Shown: positions 27,919 through 39,793, numbered from the stretch's first letter. The stretch is 64,000 nucleotides of DNA from an uncultured Cellvibrio sp. (GCA_965650675.1 CBFGPN010000003.1:4-64003); one strand, 5' to 3'. Translations and numbers: made by a program. Notes: generated by a model from the sequence alone, not told the origin.

Positions 27919-29214
27919 ATGAGTCAATTTCAACAACATGCCTTACAACTGGCCAACCAAAAAATCGGTTTGAATTGGCTTAATGATTTTCGCGAACATG
28001 CGGTGACTCAATGGCAAAACACTCTCTGGCCGACGAAAAAAACCGAAGCCTGGATGTATACACCACTAACAGAATTGCAAAAAAATATCGATTTCGTTTG
28101 GGCAAAAAACCATGCCTCATTTCAGTCTATCAGTGACCTTATTCCAGTTGACGCAATTCGTTTGGTGTTTGTGAATGGAATATTGGATGAGCAATCATCC
28201 AGTGAGTTAACTGCTGAAATAGTGCGTTTTTCACAAGCCTCTGCTGAACAACAAAAAATTATCAAGCAACATTTGGGCAGTGTGATCGAAGGCGATAAGC
28301 ATTTATTTTCCGGGCTTAATAATGCATGGTTGGATGAAGGCATTTTAATTCACCTTAAAGCCGGGCAGGAATTATCAAGGCCCGTTTATCTGGTACAGGT
28401 TTCACAGGGTAGAGTGTCTTATGCCATCAATCATCGTTTGTTGGTTGTGCTTGAGAAAAATAGTCGTGCAGAAATTATTGAGCATTTTATTTCAACGACT
28501 GAAAATCAATCGCATTTCGTTAATGCAGTGACTGAAATAATTTTGCATGATAATGCCTGTTTGCATCATTACAATCTGCATATGGAAAATGAACAGCAAC
28601 AGCATATAGGTGCTGTGCATGTGAATTTGGGTCGCAATGCAAAATTACGTGCATTTACTTTGGCGCTGGGCAGTCAGTTGATGCGTGTTGATTATCAATG
28701 CCACCATCGCGGGCAGGGCGCTGAATTGGATTTGCAAGGTATCTATTTGCCGCGCAACCAACAACTGGTGGATTATCATACCAATGTTCAACACTGGGTG
28801 CCGCATTGCACCAGTAATGAAATTTTTCGCGGCATTATCAGCGATCAGGCGAAAGCAGTATTTAATGGGCGAATTCACATTCATCCACAAGCACAGAAAA
28901 CTCTGGCGGAGTTGAGCAACAAAAATTTGCTGACATCCAACAAAGCAGAAATTAATACCAAGCCTGAATTGGAAATTTATGCTGATGACGTCAGGTGTGC
29001 TCATGGTGCAACGGTCAGTCAATTAAATGCAAATGCACTTTATTATTTGCAAAGCCGCGGTGTTTCGCGTGCAGATGCACAAGTTATGATGAGCTTCGGT
29101 TTTATTAATGAATTACTGCAAGCAGTTGAACTCGATGCTGTTCGCCATTATTTGTCACCCAAACTTGCCCAATTGTTTGGTCGTCAACAATTATTGGATG
29201 AGGTTGAAACCTGA
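27919..29214 (+). CDS. sufD: Fe-S cluster assembly protein SufD
   Basis: Motifs KPELEIYADDVRCAHGAT and YYLQSRG. Confidence 0.95.
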   Translation: MSQFQQHALQLANQKIGLNWLNDFREHAVTQWQNTLWPTKKTEAWMYTPLTELQKNIDFVWAKNHASFQSISDLIPVDAIRLVFVNGILDEQSSSELTAEIVRFSQASAEQQKIIKQHLGSVIEGDKHLFSGLNNAWLDEGILIHLKAGQELSRPVYLVQVSQGRVSYAINHRLLVVLEKNSRAEIIEHFISTTENQSHFVNAVTEIILHDNACLHHYNLHMENEQQQHIGAVHVNLGRNAKLRAFTLALGSQLMRVDYQCHHRGQGAELDLQGIYLPRNQQLVDYHTNVQHWVPHCTSNEIFRGIISDQAKAVFNGRIHIHPQAQKTLAELSNKNLLTSNKAEINTKPELEIYADDVRCAHGATVSQLNANALYYLQSRGVSRADAQVMMSFGFINELLQAVELDAVRHYLSPKLAQLFGRQQLLDEVET

Positions 29215-30455
29215 TGAATGTATTTAATTCGGGTAGACCCTTTGATGTTGAAAAAATTCGTGCTGATTTCCCAATTCTTCATCAGCAAGTAAACGGACAG
29301 CCTTTGGTATATCTGGATAACGCAGCTACAACGCAAAAACCCAATTGTGTGATTGATGCAATTGCTGATTATTATCGTCAGGACAACAGTAATGTGCATC
29401 GAGGTGCGCATACTTTAGCTGACAGGGCAACAGTCAAATTTGAAGCGGCGCGTGACAAGGTTGCAAAATTTATTAATGCAAATTCGTCCCCATGTATTAT
29501 CTGGACGCGCGGTACTACAGAAAGTATTAATCTGGTTGCAGCATGTTGGGGTAGTCAAAATTTACAAGCAGGTGACTGTGTGCTGGTATCGGCAATGGAA
29601 CATCACTCGAATATTGTGCCTTGGCAACTGATCGCTGAAAAAACGGGGGCGGTTGTCCAACCTATTCCTGTTGATGCTACAGGCACTATTGATATGTCAG
29701 CATTTGCTTCAATGTTAAATACAAAAGTGAAAATGGTTGCTGTAGGGCATGTATCCAATGCGATGGGCACAATTAATCCTGTCGAAAAAATTATTGCGCA
29801 GTCACATGCTGTTGGTGCAAAAGTATTAATTGATGGCGCACAAGCGGTGAGTCATTTTACTGTTGATGTGCAAAAACTCGAGTGTGATTTTTATGTGTTT
29901 TCTGCGCATAAATTATTTGGTCCTACCGGCTTGGGTGTACTCTACGGAAAAAAAGAATTGCTGGAATCCATGCCTCCTTATCAGGGCGGGGGTGAAATGA
30001 TTGAATCAGTCAGTTTTGCCAACACTACATTTAACCAATTACCTTATAAGTTTGAAGCGGGTACACCGGATATCGCCGGTGCAATTGGTTTGGGTGCAGC
30101 GATTGATTATTTGAATCAGCTGGATCGCGAGACGGCCTCTGCACATGAAATGGCGCTCTTGCGTTATGCAGAAGAAAAAGCGCGAGCAACTTCCGGCGTA
30201 AAATTAATTGGTACAAGTGCAAACAAAACATCTGTGATGAGTTTTTTGGTTGAAGGCGCACATCCTGCTGATGTAGGTGTCTTATTGGATAAGCAGGGAA
30301 TTGCTGTGCGTACCGGCAACCATTGCGCGCAACCGATTATGGATCAATTCGGAATTCCGGGCACTGTGCGTGCGAGTTTTAGTTTTTATAACACCTTTGA
30401 TGAAGTTGATCGTTTATTTGTTGCGATTGAAAAGGTGAAAATGTTTTTGTTGTGA
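29214..30455 (+). CDS. sufS: Group II cysteine desulfurase SufS
   Basis: Motifs VYLDNAATTQKP, HSNIVPWQ, FSAHKLFGPTG, RTGNHCAQP. Confidence 0.95.
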   Translation: MNVFNSGRPFDVEKIRADFPILHQQVNGQPLVYLDNAATTQKPNCVIDAIADYYRQDNSNVHRGAHTLADRATVKFEAARDKVAKFINANSSPCIIWTRGTTESINLVAACWGSQNLQAGDCVLVSAMEHHSNIVPWQLIAEKTGAVVQPIPVDATGTIDMSAFASMLNTKVKMVAVGHVSNAMGTINPVEKIIAQSHAVGAKVLIDGAQAVSHFTVDVQKLECDFYVFSAHKLFGPTGLGVLYGKKELLESMPPYQGGGEMIESVSFANTTFNQLPYKFEAGTPDIAGAIGLGAAIDYLNQLDRETASAHEMALLRYAEEKARATSGVKLIGTSANKTSVMSFLVEGAHPADVGVLLDKQGIAVRTGNHCAQPIMDQFGIPGTVRASFSFYNTFDEVDRLFVAIEKVKMFLL

Positions 30456-30459
30456 GTGA

Positions 30460-30634
30460 CCCTCACCCTAACCCTCTCCCGGAGGGAGAGGGGATTGGCA
30501 CCTCCCTTTGAAAAAGGGAGGCGGGGAGGGCTTTAAGATGGTCGCAATTTTTAAGATTTTAAATCCCCCCTAACCCCCCTTTTTCAAAGTGGGGCACAGT
30601 TCCCTCTCCCTTTGGGAGAGGGCCAGGGTGAGGG
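30460..30634. repeat. Four-unit alternating-orientation palindromic mosaic (BIME-like)
   Basis: An outer inverted pair CCCTCACCCTAACCCTCTCCC-GGA-GGGAGAGGG / CCCTCTCCC-TTT-GGGAGAGGGCCAGGGTGAGGG encloses the element also seen at 23818. Confidence 0.88.
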
Positions 30635-30653
30635 CAATTAACCGGAGGTCATC

Positions 30654-31013
30654 ATGTCAGTAGAAACCTTTAATCCCAACCAACAAACTGTTTCAGTAAC
30701 AGCGGCGGCGGCTGCACATTTCAAACGTGAAATTGAAAAAAAAGATGCAAAAGCAGTGCGTTTGAGCGTGAAGCAAAGTGGTTGTACCGGTTGGATGTAT
30801 GTTGTCGATTTGGTTGAGTCAGCGAATCCGGATGATTTGCATATTGAAATGGAATCAGGAGCAGAATTATTGGTTGATCCAAAAAGTTTATCGATTGTGG
30901 GCGGTACGGAAATTGATTACGTCATGGAGGGTGTGAATCGTCAGTTGAAATTTATGAACCCACGCGTAAAAGATTATTGCGGTTGTGGTGAAAGTTTTAG
31001 TGTAGAGAATTAA
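30654..31013 (+). CDS. sufA: A-type Fe-S carrier (SufA/IscA)
   Basis: Motifs KQSGCTG and CGCGESF. Confidence 0.9.
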   Translation: MSVETFNPNQQTVSVTAAAAAHFKREIEKKDAKAVRLSVKQSGCTGWMYVVDLVESANPDDLHIEMESGAELLVDPKSLSIVGGTEIDYVMEGVNRQLKFMNPRVKDYCGCGESFSVEN

Positions 31014-31015
31014 TT

Positions 31016-31552
31016 ATGTCTGAAAGACGAATGGTGGTGGCATTGGAAGATTGTCCGGCGCGACGTGTGCCGGATGGAACACCGTTGACCATCCCCAAAG
31101 ATACTTTTGTCACCATTACCCAATCGCTTGGAGGAAATTACACCCTGACGTATCACGGGCAAATGGTTCGTGTTGACGGTACTGATGCTGACAAGTTGGG
31201 GCTCGAATCTGAAACATTGGAATTCCCGGCGCCGGTTGACGACAACATCGCAGAGGATCAGGTTTGGTACGCGCTGGGTACAGTTTATGATCCCGAAATT
31301 CCGGTCGATTTGGTGAATCTGGGGTTGATCTACTCAGTGAAAATTAATCAGGAATCCAAACAGGTTGATATCCAAATGACCCTGACAGCACCGGCTTGCG
31401 GTATGGGTCCGGTGTTGGTGGGTGATGTTGAATACAGGGTTCGTAAGGTGCCTAACGTGAAGTCAGTGAAAGTTGAGTTGGTGTTTGATCCACCCTGGGC
31501 CCGTCACATGATGAGTGAAGAGGCGCAATTGGCAACGGGGATGTTTTACTGA
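31016..31552 (+). CDS. sufT: Fe-S cluster assembly protein SufT (long form)
   Basis: Motifs ITQSLGG, VYDPEIPVDLVNLGLIY, TLTAPACGMG, VFDPPW. Confidence 0.9.
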   Translation: MSERRMVVALEDCPARRVPDGTPLTIPKDTFVTITQSLGGNYTLTYHGQMVRVDGTDADKLGLESETLEFPAPVDDNIAEDQVWYALGTVYDPEIPVDLVNLGLIYSVKINQESKQVDIQMTLTAPACGMGPVLVGDVEYRVRKVPNVKSVKVELVFDPPWARHMMSEEAQLATGMFY

Positions 31553-31971
31553 TGACCCAATTTGGCGTAGATGTTACAGCTGACGAAATAGTAGAAGCTC
31601 TGGGATTTTTCGATTCCTGGGAAGAAAGATACAAGTACATTATCGACTTGGGCAAAGAGCTGCCGCCCATGGCTGAAGAGTTACACACTGAAGACAGGCT
31701 GGTTCGTGGTTGCCAAAGCCAGGTTTGGTTGGTAGAGGAATATCGCGATGGCAGGCTTTATTTTCAGGCGGATAGTGATGCTTTTATTGTCAAAGGATTA
31801 CTGGCTGTGGTGCTCGCTGCATTTAATGGTAAAACGCCTTCGGAAATACAATCTGTGGATATTGCGGACTATTTCATTCGATTGGATCTACTTCAACATC
31901 TAAGTTCCACCCGGGGGAATGGCCTTAAATCCATGGTGAAACGAATTCAAGATATAGCTGCAAGCCTTTAA
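31552..31971 (+). CDS. sufE: Sulfur acceptor SufE
   Basis: Motifs WEERYKYIIDLG, VRGCQSQVW, DSDAFIVKGL. Confidence 0.93.
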   Translation: MTQFGVDVTADEIVEALGFFDSWEERYKYIIDLGKELPPMAEELHTEDRLVRGCQSQVWLVEEYRDGRLYFQADSDAFIVKGLLAVVLAAFNGKTPSEIQSVDIADYFIRLDLLQHLSSTRGNGLKSMVKRIQDIAASL

Positions 31972-32104
31972 TTTTCTGTCAGTTTTTCGATTTCAGACCA
32001 TACAAAATCGGGTAAACCTGCGTATAATCCGCGGGTTTTGAATTTTATGGACGGGAACCAACAAACCCTGTCCTTGTCGATTGAAAGTGGTGTGGAGACC
32101 CCCG

Positions 32105-32530
32105 ATGGCTGTTGAACAAACCCTATCTATTATTAAACCGGATGCAGTGCGTGATAACCATATTGGTGAAATTGTTGATCGTTTTGAAAAAGCAGGATTA
32201 AAAATTGTTGCCCAGTGCATGATGCATTTGAGCAAAGCAGAAGCAGAAGGATTTTATGCAGAGCACAAAGGTAAGGGATTTTTTGATGGTCTGGTTGAAT
32301 TTATGACATCTGGCCCTGTGGTGGTTCAGGTTTTGTCAGGTGAAAATGCAATTGCATTGAATCGTGAGATTATGGGAGCGACGGATCCGTCAAAAGCAGC
32401 CCCGGGAACCCTGAGGGCATTGTTCGGTACAAAGATTAGTTCCAATGCTGTTCACGGTTCGGATTCACCAGTTTCTGCTGCACGTGAAATTGCGTATTTC
32501 TTTGCCAGTCACCAAGTGATTGTTCGTTAA
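32105..32530 (+). CDS. ndk: Nucleoside diphosphate kinase
   Basis: Motifs [24 protein letters not shown]. Start set to ATG 32105. Confidence 0.97.
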   Translation: MAVEQTLSIIKPDAVRDNHIGEIVDRFEKAGLKIVAQCMMHLSKAEAEGFYAEHKGKGFFDGLVEFMTSGPVVVQVLSGENAIALNREIMGATDPSKAAPGTLRALFGTKISSNAVHGSDSPVSAAREIAYFFASHQVIVR

Positions 32531-32549
32531 TTATTTTCAGGTTATTAAT

Positions 32550-33743
32550 ATGAGTCAAACGGCTGCCAATATTCAATCTGTTGCGATGAGTGATTCATTG
32601 TCTCCAGTTGCAGCCAATCCTGAAAAAATCAATTTGATGGGTTTGCCTGAAGCCAAACTCGTTGCGTTTTTTGAATCCATTGGTGAGAAAAAGTTTCGTG
32701 CAATTCAGGTGATGAAATGGATTCACCAATTGGGTGCCGACAACTTTGATGATATGACCAATGTCAGCAAAGATTTACGATCCAAATTAAAAAATATTGC
32801 TGAAATTCGTTTGCCGGAAGTGGTGCAACAATTTGACTCTGCAGATGGGACACGTAAATTTTTAATTCGTGTCAGTGGCGGCAATGTGATTGAAACGGTT
32901 TATATTCCCGATGGTGATCGCGGAACCCTGTGCGTCTCATCGCAAGTCGGTTGTTCGTTGGATTGCAGTTTTTGTGCAACCGGCAAACAGGGATTCAATC
33001 GCGATTTAACTGCTGCAGAAATTATCGGGCAGGTTTGGATTGCAGCCAAATCATTTGGCCAGCTCAGTGGCACCGGGCCGCGTATGGTCACCAATGTGGT
33101 GATGATGGGCATGGGTGAACCTCTGTTGAATTTTGACAATGTTGTCGATGCAATGAATCTGATGATGCACGACAATGCCTATGGCATTTCCAAGCGTCGT
33201 GTAACTTTGAGTACATCCGGTGTTGTGCCGCAATTGGATCGTCTGAGTCAATATACTGATGCTTGTCTGGCGATTTCATTACACGCTCCCAATGATGAGT
33301 TGCGTAATGAATTAGTACCAATTAACCGCAAATATCCGATTGCTATGTTACTGGATTCTGCCAAGCGTTATATTGAAGCCATGCCGGATACCCATCGTAA
33401 AATTACGATTGAATATACCTTGATTGATCAAGTGAATGATCGCCCGCATCACGCAAAGGAATTGGCAGAACTGTTGCGTAATATTCCGGTAAAAATAAAT
33501 CTGATTCCATTTAATCCGTTTAATCTTTCCAACTATAAACGTGTCAGCAATAACGCATTGCGCAAATTTCAGGAAATATTAATGGAAGAGGGCTACATCA
33601 CCACTGTTAGAACTACTCGCGGTGATGATATAGATGCTGCCTGCGGACAATTGGCAGGGCAGGTAAATGATATCACTCGTCGCAGTGAACGTTATCGAGC
33701 GCAGTTCGATGACGTGCAATCAATAAAAATAATTGGTCAGTGA
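32550..33743 (+). CDS. rlmN: 23S rRNA A2503 / tRNA A37 C2-methyltransferase RlmN
   Basis: Motifs [30 protein letters not shown]. Start set to ATG 32550. Confidence 0.96.
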   Translation: MSQTAANIQSVAMSDSLSPVAANPEKINLMGLPEAKLVAFFESIGEKKFRAIQVMKWIHQLGADNFDDMTNVSKDLRSKLKNIAEIRLPEVVQQFDSADGTRKFLIRVSGGNVIETVYIPDGDRGTLCVSSQVGCSLDCSFCATGKQGFNRDLTAAEIIGQVWIAAKSFGQLSGTGPRMVTNVVMMGMGEPLLNFDNVVDAMNLMMHDNAYGISKRRVTLSTSGVVPQLDRLSQYTDACLAISLHAPNDELRNELVPINRKYPIAMLLDSAKRYIEAMPDTHRKITIEYTLIDQVNDRPHHAKELAELLRNIPVKINLIPFNPFNLSNYKRVSNNALRKFQEILMEEGYITTVRTTRGDDIDAACGQLAGQVNDITRRSERYRAQFDDVQSIKIIGQ

Positions 33744-33763
33744 TCGCAATCATCGGAGTTTTT

Positions 33764-34540
33764 ATGAATCAAATTCAGTTGCTTCGTTTTGCTTTGATTT
33801 TATTTTGCGGGTTGTTGTTAACTGCTTGTGTGACAGAAAGGCTCGATGGAAAGCGAAGAATTGTTGATAAAGAAGAGGCTCTTAAACAGCATATTCAATT
33901 GGTAGAAGGATATGTCTCGTTAAAAAACCGTGAGTCGGCACGTCACCATATTCGAAAAGCCATGGAAATCAATAAAGATTCTCCACAAGTGCTGGGTGCT
34001 TTGGCATTGGTGTACCAGTTGGAGGGTGAAAATAAATTAGCAGAAGAAACTTACAAAAAAGCGATCAAGAAAAATAAAAATTTATCATCCATAGAAAATA
34101 ATTATGGCTATTTTTTATATGGATTGAAGCGTTATGAAGATGCTTTGGTGCAATTTGAAGCAGCAGCAGCAAATCTGGATTTTGATGATCGCGCTGCGGC
34201 TTTGGTTAATGTAGGACGTTCTTCTTTATTGTTAGGTAATAAATCCCGCGCTAAAGCAGCTTTTGAACATGCAGCTATATTGAAGCCCGGGTTTCCCGAT
34301 CCTTTTATTGAGCTGGCCGGTATTTACTTTTCAGAGCAGGATTATCCAAAAGCAAAAGAATCTTTGGATAAATTTATGAATTTGGGGCAGCAGACGCCGC
34401 GCGCGCTGTTAATGGCGATCCGGCTTGAGCGGATGTTTGGTAACAAGGATAGAGAAGCCAGTTACGTACTGGTTTTGAAAAATCGATATCCTTATTCAAA
34501 AGAATATTTGGAGTATCGGCAAACACTCATGAACCAATAA
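33764..34540 (+). CDS. pilW: Type IV pilus TPR lipoprotein PilW/PilF
   Basis: Lipobox LTAC, TPR repeats (NNYGYFL), and position between rlmN and rodZ. Start set to ATG 33764. Confidence 0.85.
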   Translation: MNQIQLLRFALILFCGLLLTACVTERLDGKRRIVDKEEALKQHIQLVEGYVSLKNRESARHHIRKAMEINKDSPQVLGALALVYQLEGENKLAEETYKKAIKKNKNLSSIENNYGYFLYGLKRYEDALVQFEAAAANLDFDDRAAALVNVGRSSLLLGNKSRAKAAFEHAAILKPGFPDPFIELAGIYFSEQDYPKAKESLDKFMNLGQQTPRALLMAIRLERMFGNKDREASYVLVLKNRYPYSKEYLEYRQTLMNQ

Positions 34541-34551
34541 GGGGAATTGAA

Positions 34552-35373
34552 ATGACAAGCGATTTCGACCCTGCTGCACCGGAAGTTAACCATTCCTCCC
34601 CGGGAAAAATTTTGCGTGATGCAAGAGAAAAACTGGGTCTTACCGAGGAACAGGTTGCCAGTGAGTTGTATATGACCTTGACCAAGGTGAAGGCAATAGA
34701 GTCAGATCAGTTTAATCGTTTGCATTCAGATACTTTTATTCGTGGATATTTACGCACTTATGCCCAATTGGTTAAGGTTGACCTTAATGAGTTAATGTCA
34801 ATTTATGACAATCAGGCAAAAATTCTTGGATTGAAAGAAGTTTTTGTGCCGCCGAAACAAGAAGCATCTGCGAAAAAATTTTGGCAATCAGTCGCCGTAT
34901 TAATAGGTGTACTGTTATTAATGTGGTTGGTTTCTATTTGGTTTTTGGATAATCGAAAACAGGATAATTATTCCAATATAGGTGTTGCCCTGTCTGAAAA
35001 AATAGATGCTGAACAGAGCATTGCTATTGATCAAACTGTTCAAAATTTTGATTCGACAGCGGTATCTTCAGAGGGCGCTATTGTTGATCCCAACCCGAAT
35101 GGGATCCATCAAAATTCTGCGCAGGATCGCTTGGAGTTTTATTTTCGGGATGAGTGTTGGGTTGAAGTGAGTGATGCCAATGGAGATGTGCTGGCAACGG
35201 AACTCCAAACAAAAGACAGTCAACTGAGTTTGACGGGTAAACGGCCGTTTGATGTGAAGTTAGGAAACTCACCTGCGGTAAGTTTGAAACTGAATGGTGA
35301 AGAAATCCGACTGGTACCAACATTGGGTACCAATGTATTGGCGTTGAAAGTAGGTTCCAGGTTAGGAAATTAA
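34552..35373 (+). CDS. rodZ: Cytoskeleton protein RodZ
   Basis: N-terminal HTH ([10 protein letters not shown]...[10 protein letters not shown]), single TM, C-terminal [10 protein letters not shown] domain. Confidence 0.88.
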   Translation: MTSDFDPAAPEVNHSSPGKILRDAREKLGLTEEQVASELYMTLTKVKAIESDQFNRLHSDTFIRGYLRTYAQLVKVDLNELMSIYDNQAKILGLKEVFVPPKQEASAKKFWQSVAVLIGVLLLMWLVSIWFLDNRKQDNYSNIGVALSEKIDAEQSIAIDQTVQNFDSTAVSSEGAIVDPNPNGIHQNSAQDRLEFYFRDECWVEVSDANGDVLATELQTKDSQLSLTGKRPFDVKLGNSPAVSLKLNGEEIRLVPTLGTNVLALKVGSRLGN

Positions 35374-35374
35374 T

Positions 35375-36499
35375 ATGCATTGTGAGTCTCCGATTAAGCG
35401 TCGCAAATCCCGCCAGATAATGGTAGGTAATGTTCCCGTGGGTGGGGATGCGCCGATTTCTGTGCAGAGCATGACCAATACAGAAACGACAGATGTTGCT
35501 GCGACTGTTGAACAGATTCGTCGTATTCAATTGGCGGGTGCAGACATAGTGCGTGTGTCAGTTCCGACTATGGAAGCAGCTGAAGCTTTCGGCGAAATTC
35601 GTAAACAAGTGACAATACCTTTGGTTGCGGATATTCATTTTGATTATCGTATCGCGTTACGTGTGGCGGATTTGGGTGTGGATTGTTTGCGTATTAATCC
35701 CGGCAATATTGGTCGTGAAAAACGCATTCAAGCTGTTGTTGATAAAGCACGCGATTTGAATATTCCAATACGTATTGGTGTTAATGCAGGCTCGCTTGAA
35801 AAAGATTTGCAGAAAAAATACGGTGAACCAACACCGGATGCGCTGGTCGAATCGGCCTTGCGTCATGTTGAAATTCTGGATTCATTAAATTTTTACAATT
35901 TTAAAGTCAGTGTAAAAGCCTCTGATATTTTTATGGCGGTTGCGGCGTATCGAAAACTGGCAAGGCTAATTGAACAGCCTTTGCATTTGGGAATTACTGA
36001 AGCAGGTGGTTTGCGTTCGGGTACAGTGAAGTCCTCAATTGGTTTGGGACAATTATTGATGGATGGAATTGGCGATACCATTCGGGTGTCGCTGGCGGCT
36101 GATCCAGTTGAAGAAATTAAAGTCGGTTGGGATATGCTGCGCAGTTTGCGTTTGCGCAGCAAAGGCGTGAATTTTATTGCGTGCCCCAGTTGTTCACGTC
36201 AAAACTTTGATGTGATAAAAACCATGAATGAATTGGAAACCCGTGTTGAAGATATTACAACACCGATTGATGTTGCAGTGATTGGTTGCATAGTCAATGG
36301 CCCAGGCGAAGCCAAAGAAGCTGATTTGGGTTTGACTGGTGGTACACCAAACAATTTGATTTATATCGATGGCGAACCCAACCAGAAATTGAGCAATGAA
36401 AATCTGGTCGATAATCTCGAACGTTTAATTCGTGAAAGAGCAGCGAAAAAACAAATTGAATTGGATGCGGCGGAAAAAAATATTATTGCGAGAGCCTGA
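35375..36499 (+). CDS. ispG: HMBPP synthase IspG
   Basis: Motifs [41 protein letters not shown]. Confidence 0.97.
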   Translation: MHCESPIKRRKSRQIMVGNVPVGGDAPISVQSMTNTETTDVAATVEQIRRIQLAGADIVRVSVPTMEAAEAFGEIRKQVTIPLVADIHFDYRIALRVADLGVDCLRINPGNIGREKRIQAVVDKARDLNIPIRIGVNAGSLEKDLQKKYGEPTPDALVESALRHVEILDSLNFYNFKVSVKASDIFMAVAAYRKLARLIEQPLHLGITEAGGLRSGTVKSSIGLGQLLMDGIGDTIRVSLAADPVEEIKVGWDMLRSLRLRSKGVNFIACPSCSRQNFDVIKTMNELETRVEDITTPIDVAVIGCIVNGPGEAKEADLGLTGGTPNNLIYIDGEPNQKLSNENLVDNLERLIRERAAKKQIELDAAEKNIIARA

Positions 36500-36534
36500 C
36501 CCCACCCTAACCCTCCCCTTGCCAGGGGAGGGGG
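36500..36534 (+). repeat. Single unit of the C/G-rich palindromic repeat
   Basis: CCCCACCCTAACCCTCCCC-TTGCCA-GGGGAGGG, directly after the ispG stop. Confidence 0.75.
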
Positions 36535-36570
36535 TAAGGCTCAAGCCTGAAAAAATTGTAAGGTTTTAAA

Positions 36571-37842
36571 TTGAAAAAAATTCAAGCAATACGAGGAATG
36601 AATGATTTGTTACCAGCGCAATCTCCGATTTGGCAGCTGGTGGAATCAACATTGATCGATATTTTACAGCGTTATAGTTATCAGGAAATTCGTTTTCCAA
36701 TCGTTGAATCAACAGACTTATTCAAACGCTCTATCGGTGAGGTAACTGATATCGTTGAAAAAGAAATGTACACATTTGAAGATCGAAATGGTGACAGTTT
36801 GACTTTGCGACCAGAAGGTACTGCTTCTTGTGTGCGTGCTTGTGAAGAACATGGATTGCTTTATAACCAGACGCAACGTTTGTGGTACATGGGTCCCATG
36901 TTTCGTCACGAGCGTCCGCAAAAAGGCCGCTATCGACAGTTTCATCAGTTAGGTGTTGAAACCTTTGGTATGCAGGGGCCGGATATTGATGCGGAAGTTT
37001 TATTGTTGAGTGCAAGAATTTTACGTGAGTTAGGTGTCTTACCTGCAGTAACTTTACAGATTAATTCATTGGCAAATGCAGAATCACGCGCAAATTACAA
37101 AGCGGCACTGGTGGAATATTTAACACAAGTGCAATCAGAATTGGATGAAGACAGTCAGCGTCGGTTGACCACTAATCCGTTGCGTATTTTGGATTCCAAA
37201 GATCAAAAAACCCAGGCTTTGTTAAATACCGCTCCGGTATTGTTGGATTATCTGGATGAAGAATCAGCACAACATTTTTCCGGATTAAAAAAATTATTGG
37301 ATGCTGCCGGCATTCAGTATCAGGTGAATCCGCGTTTGGTTCGTGGTTTGGATTACTACGGAAAAACAGCATTTGAATGGGTTACCGATAAACTGGGAGC
37401 CCAAGCCACTGTTTGCGCAGGTGGTCGTTACGATAATCTGGTTGAGCAGTTGGGTGGAAAACCAACGCCTGCCGTTGGTTTTGGAATTGGATTGGAACGG
37501 TTGGTTTTACTGGTTCAGGAAATGCAGGAATTGCCTGCGGAACTAAGTCAACAAACAGATGTATATTTGGTGGCGGTTGGAGACGTTACCGAACAAGCCA
37601 TACAATTGGTTGAGCAATTACGTGACGAATTACCTTATGTACGTTTTATGTTGAATTGTGGTGGTGGTAATTTTAAAAACCAATTGAAAAAAGCTGATAA
37701 AAGCGGTGCTGAAATAGCTTTGATTCTGGGTGAAGATGAAGCCAAATCAGGTCAGCTGGTCATAAAACATTTGCGTGAAGATATTCCGCAACAAACTTTA
37801 TTAATTGCAGATGCTGTGCGTTATTTGCAATCCTTTGAATAA
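36571..37842 (+). CDS. hisS: Histidine--tRNA ligase
   Basis: Motifs [40 protein letters not shown] start. Confidence 0.97.
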   Translation: MKKIQAIRGMNDLLPAQSPIWQLVESTLIDILQRYSYQEIRFPIVESTDLFKRSIGEVTDIVEKEMYTFEDRNGDSLTLRPEGTASCVRACEEHGLLYNQTQRLWYMGPMFRHERPQKGRYRQFHQLGVETFGMQGPDIDAEVLLLSARILRELGVLPAVTLQINSLANAESRANYKAALVEYLTQVQSELDEDSQRRLTTNPLRILDSKDQKTQALLNTAPVLLDYLDEESAQHFSGLKKLLDAAGIQYQVNPRLVRGLDYYGKTAFEWVTDKLGAQATVCAGGRYDNLVEQLGGKPTPAVGFGIGLERLVLLVQEMQELPAELSQQTDVYLVAVGDVTEQAIQLVEQLRDELPYVRFMLNCGGGNFKNQLKKADKSGAEIALILGEDEAKSGQLVIKHLREDIPQQTLLIADAVRYLQSFE

Positions 37843-37868
37843 TCATTAAGCCTTAACAGGAGTCTATT

Positions 37869-38561
37869 GTGAGTGTACATTTAACTGAAGAAGAACAACT
37901 TGAAGTACTGAAGCGCTGGTGGAATGATCACGGTAAAAAAGTGGTTGGAGTTTTGGTGATTGGTATTGCTGGATATTTGGGATGGGGTGCGTGGCAAGAT
38001 CAGCAACGCATCAAAGCGGAAAAAGCGTCAGCAACTTATGAGCAACTGATTAAAATTATCAATCCGGAACCGGGTAAAACCATGACAGATTCTGATCGTA
38101 CTTTAGCTAAACAATTAGCTTCAGAACTTAAATCAGGGCGCAAGGATTTATACGCAAAAACAGCTGCATTGTTTCTGGCAAAAGTTGCAGTGGAAGAAAA
38201 TAAATTGGATGAAGCTGCTGCAGAGTTGCAATGGGTTTTAACAACAAAACCGGATATTACTACCGAGCAAATCACTCGCTTGCGATTGGCAAAGGTACTT
38301 ACAGCCAAACAATCCTATGATGATGCTTTAGCTCAAATTGCTTTGGAGCCTGCGTCAGCACTGGTGAGTGAATATTCCGAGGCTCGTGGCGATATTTATA
38401 AATTGAAAGGTGATCTGGATAAAGCACGCGAGTCATACTCTGCTGCATTGACGGCAACCAATCCGCAACAACAAGAGCGTTTTATGTTGTTACAAATGAA
38501 AGTGGATGACCTCAAATTATTACAACCCTCTGTTGAAGTGAGTGCGGAGAAAGCACAATGA
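37869..38561 (+). CDS. yfgM: Ancillary SecYEG subunit / TPR protein YfgM
   Basis: 'TEEEQLEVLKRWW', single TM, TPRs, 'EARGDI', and position between hisS and bamB. Confidence 0.88.
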   Translation: MSVHLTEEEQLEVLKRWWNDHGKKVVGVLVIGIAGYLGWGAWQDQQRIKAEKASATYEQLIKIINPEPGKTMTDSDRTLAKQLASELKSGRKDLYAKTAALFLAKVAVEENKLDEAAAELQWVLTTKPDITTEQITRLRLAKVLTAKQSYDDALAQIALEPASALVSEYSEARGDIYKLKGDLDKARESYSAALTATNPQQQERFMLLQMKVDDLKLLQPSVEVSAEKAQ

Positions 38562-39793
38562 AATTTGTCTCCAGTCGGAGCTTGACCCTTTGCATATTGC
38601 TGGTGTTGATTGGATTGTCAGGTTGTTCTTTTTTTAAAAAGAAAACCGGAAATGAGCCCATGGATCTGAAAGGTTTTGAAGAAACAGCCGATATAGATAA
38701 GGAATGGTCACGAGGTATTGGTGAAGGTCAAAGTAAAGGTTTTAGTTATTTGGTTCCGGCAATCGATGGCGAAAAAATTTATGCTATAGATTACCGCGGA
38801 AAACTGGTTGCTATGAACAGTAAAACCGGTAAAAAACTGTGGTCCAAGAAAGCCGTACGTCCAAAATTAAGTTGGTGGGGTTGGATCAAGAGCAGTCTTA
38901 ATCTGGAAGATGTTGATCCCGATTGGCAAGTTAGTGCAGGTTTGGCTGTTGAAAACGGGCTGATTTTAATTGGAACTTATGCAGGTGAAGTAGTCGCTTT
39001 CCATAGTGATGACGGTACAGAGTTATGGCGTCATCAACTTCCGGGAGAGGTTTTGGCGGCCCCTCATACCAACGGCAATATAGTGGCAGTTCAAACGCTT
39101 AATGGAAAACTGTTTGCTCTCGATGCCAAAACTGGTAACCGACGTTGGTTTTATGATAATCCACCACCGGTTTTAACTTTACGCGGGACAGCTGCTCCGG
39201 TAGTGACAGACACCACGGTTTATGTTGGTTTTTCAAACGGGCGTTTAATGGCATTTAACGCAGATGATGGTGCCATATTATGGGATCAACGTGTTGCAAT
39301 GCCCAAAGGTCGATCTGAATTGGAGCGTATGATTGATATACATGGTTCGCCATTAATCAATGGCGGCATTTTGTATGTGGGAACTTATCAGGGAAAAATT
39401 ACTGCCATATCCAGAGGAACCGGTTCCAGTATTTGGACTAAAGATGGTTCTACCTCTGAAAATATGGCGGTGCAGGGCGATAAGCTTTTTGTCGCACATT
39501 CAGATGGAAAATTGGTTTGTTATAACGCATCAAGCGGAGAAATAATTTGGATGAATGAAAAACTTTTGCGTCGAAATCTCAACTCCCCGCAAGTTGTCGG
39601 TGATTACGTTGCAGTGGTGGATTTCAAGGGGTACCTGCATTTCTTAAATCAATCCGATGGCGAGTTTGCTGCCAGAACCCGTGTGGGGCGCAAAGGTGCC
39701 AGAGCACCAATGTTGACTGATGGCGAGCGTCTTTATGTATTTAACAATAAGGGCAAATTAATAGCCTTTACCATAGAAGCAGAGAAGCCGTGA
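38558..39793 (+). CDS. bamB: Outer membrane protein assembly factor BamB
   Basis: Lipobox LSGC, PQQ-like propeller repeats, LTLRGTAAP, SELERMID. Confidence 0.92.
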   Translation: MKFVSSRSLTLCILLVLIGLSGCSFFKKKTGNEPMDLKGFEETADIDKEWSRGIGEGQSKGFSYLVPAIDGEKIYAIDYRGKLVAMNSKTGKKLWSKKAVRPKLSWWGWIKSSLNLEDVDPDWQVSAGLAVENGLILIGTYAGEVVAFHSDDGTELWRHQLPGEVLAAPHTNGNIVAVQTLNGKLFALDAKTGNRRWFYDNPPPVLTLRGTAAPVVTDTTVYVGFSNGRLMAFNADDGAILWDQRVAMPKGRSELERMIDIHGSPLINGGILYVGTYQGKITAISRGTGSSIWTKDGSTSENMAVQGDKLFVAHSDGKLVCYNASSGEIIWMNEKLLRRNLNSPQVVGDYVAVVDFKGYLHFLNQSDGEFAARTRVGRKGARAPMLTDGERLYVFNNKGKLIAFTIEAEKP

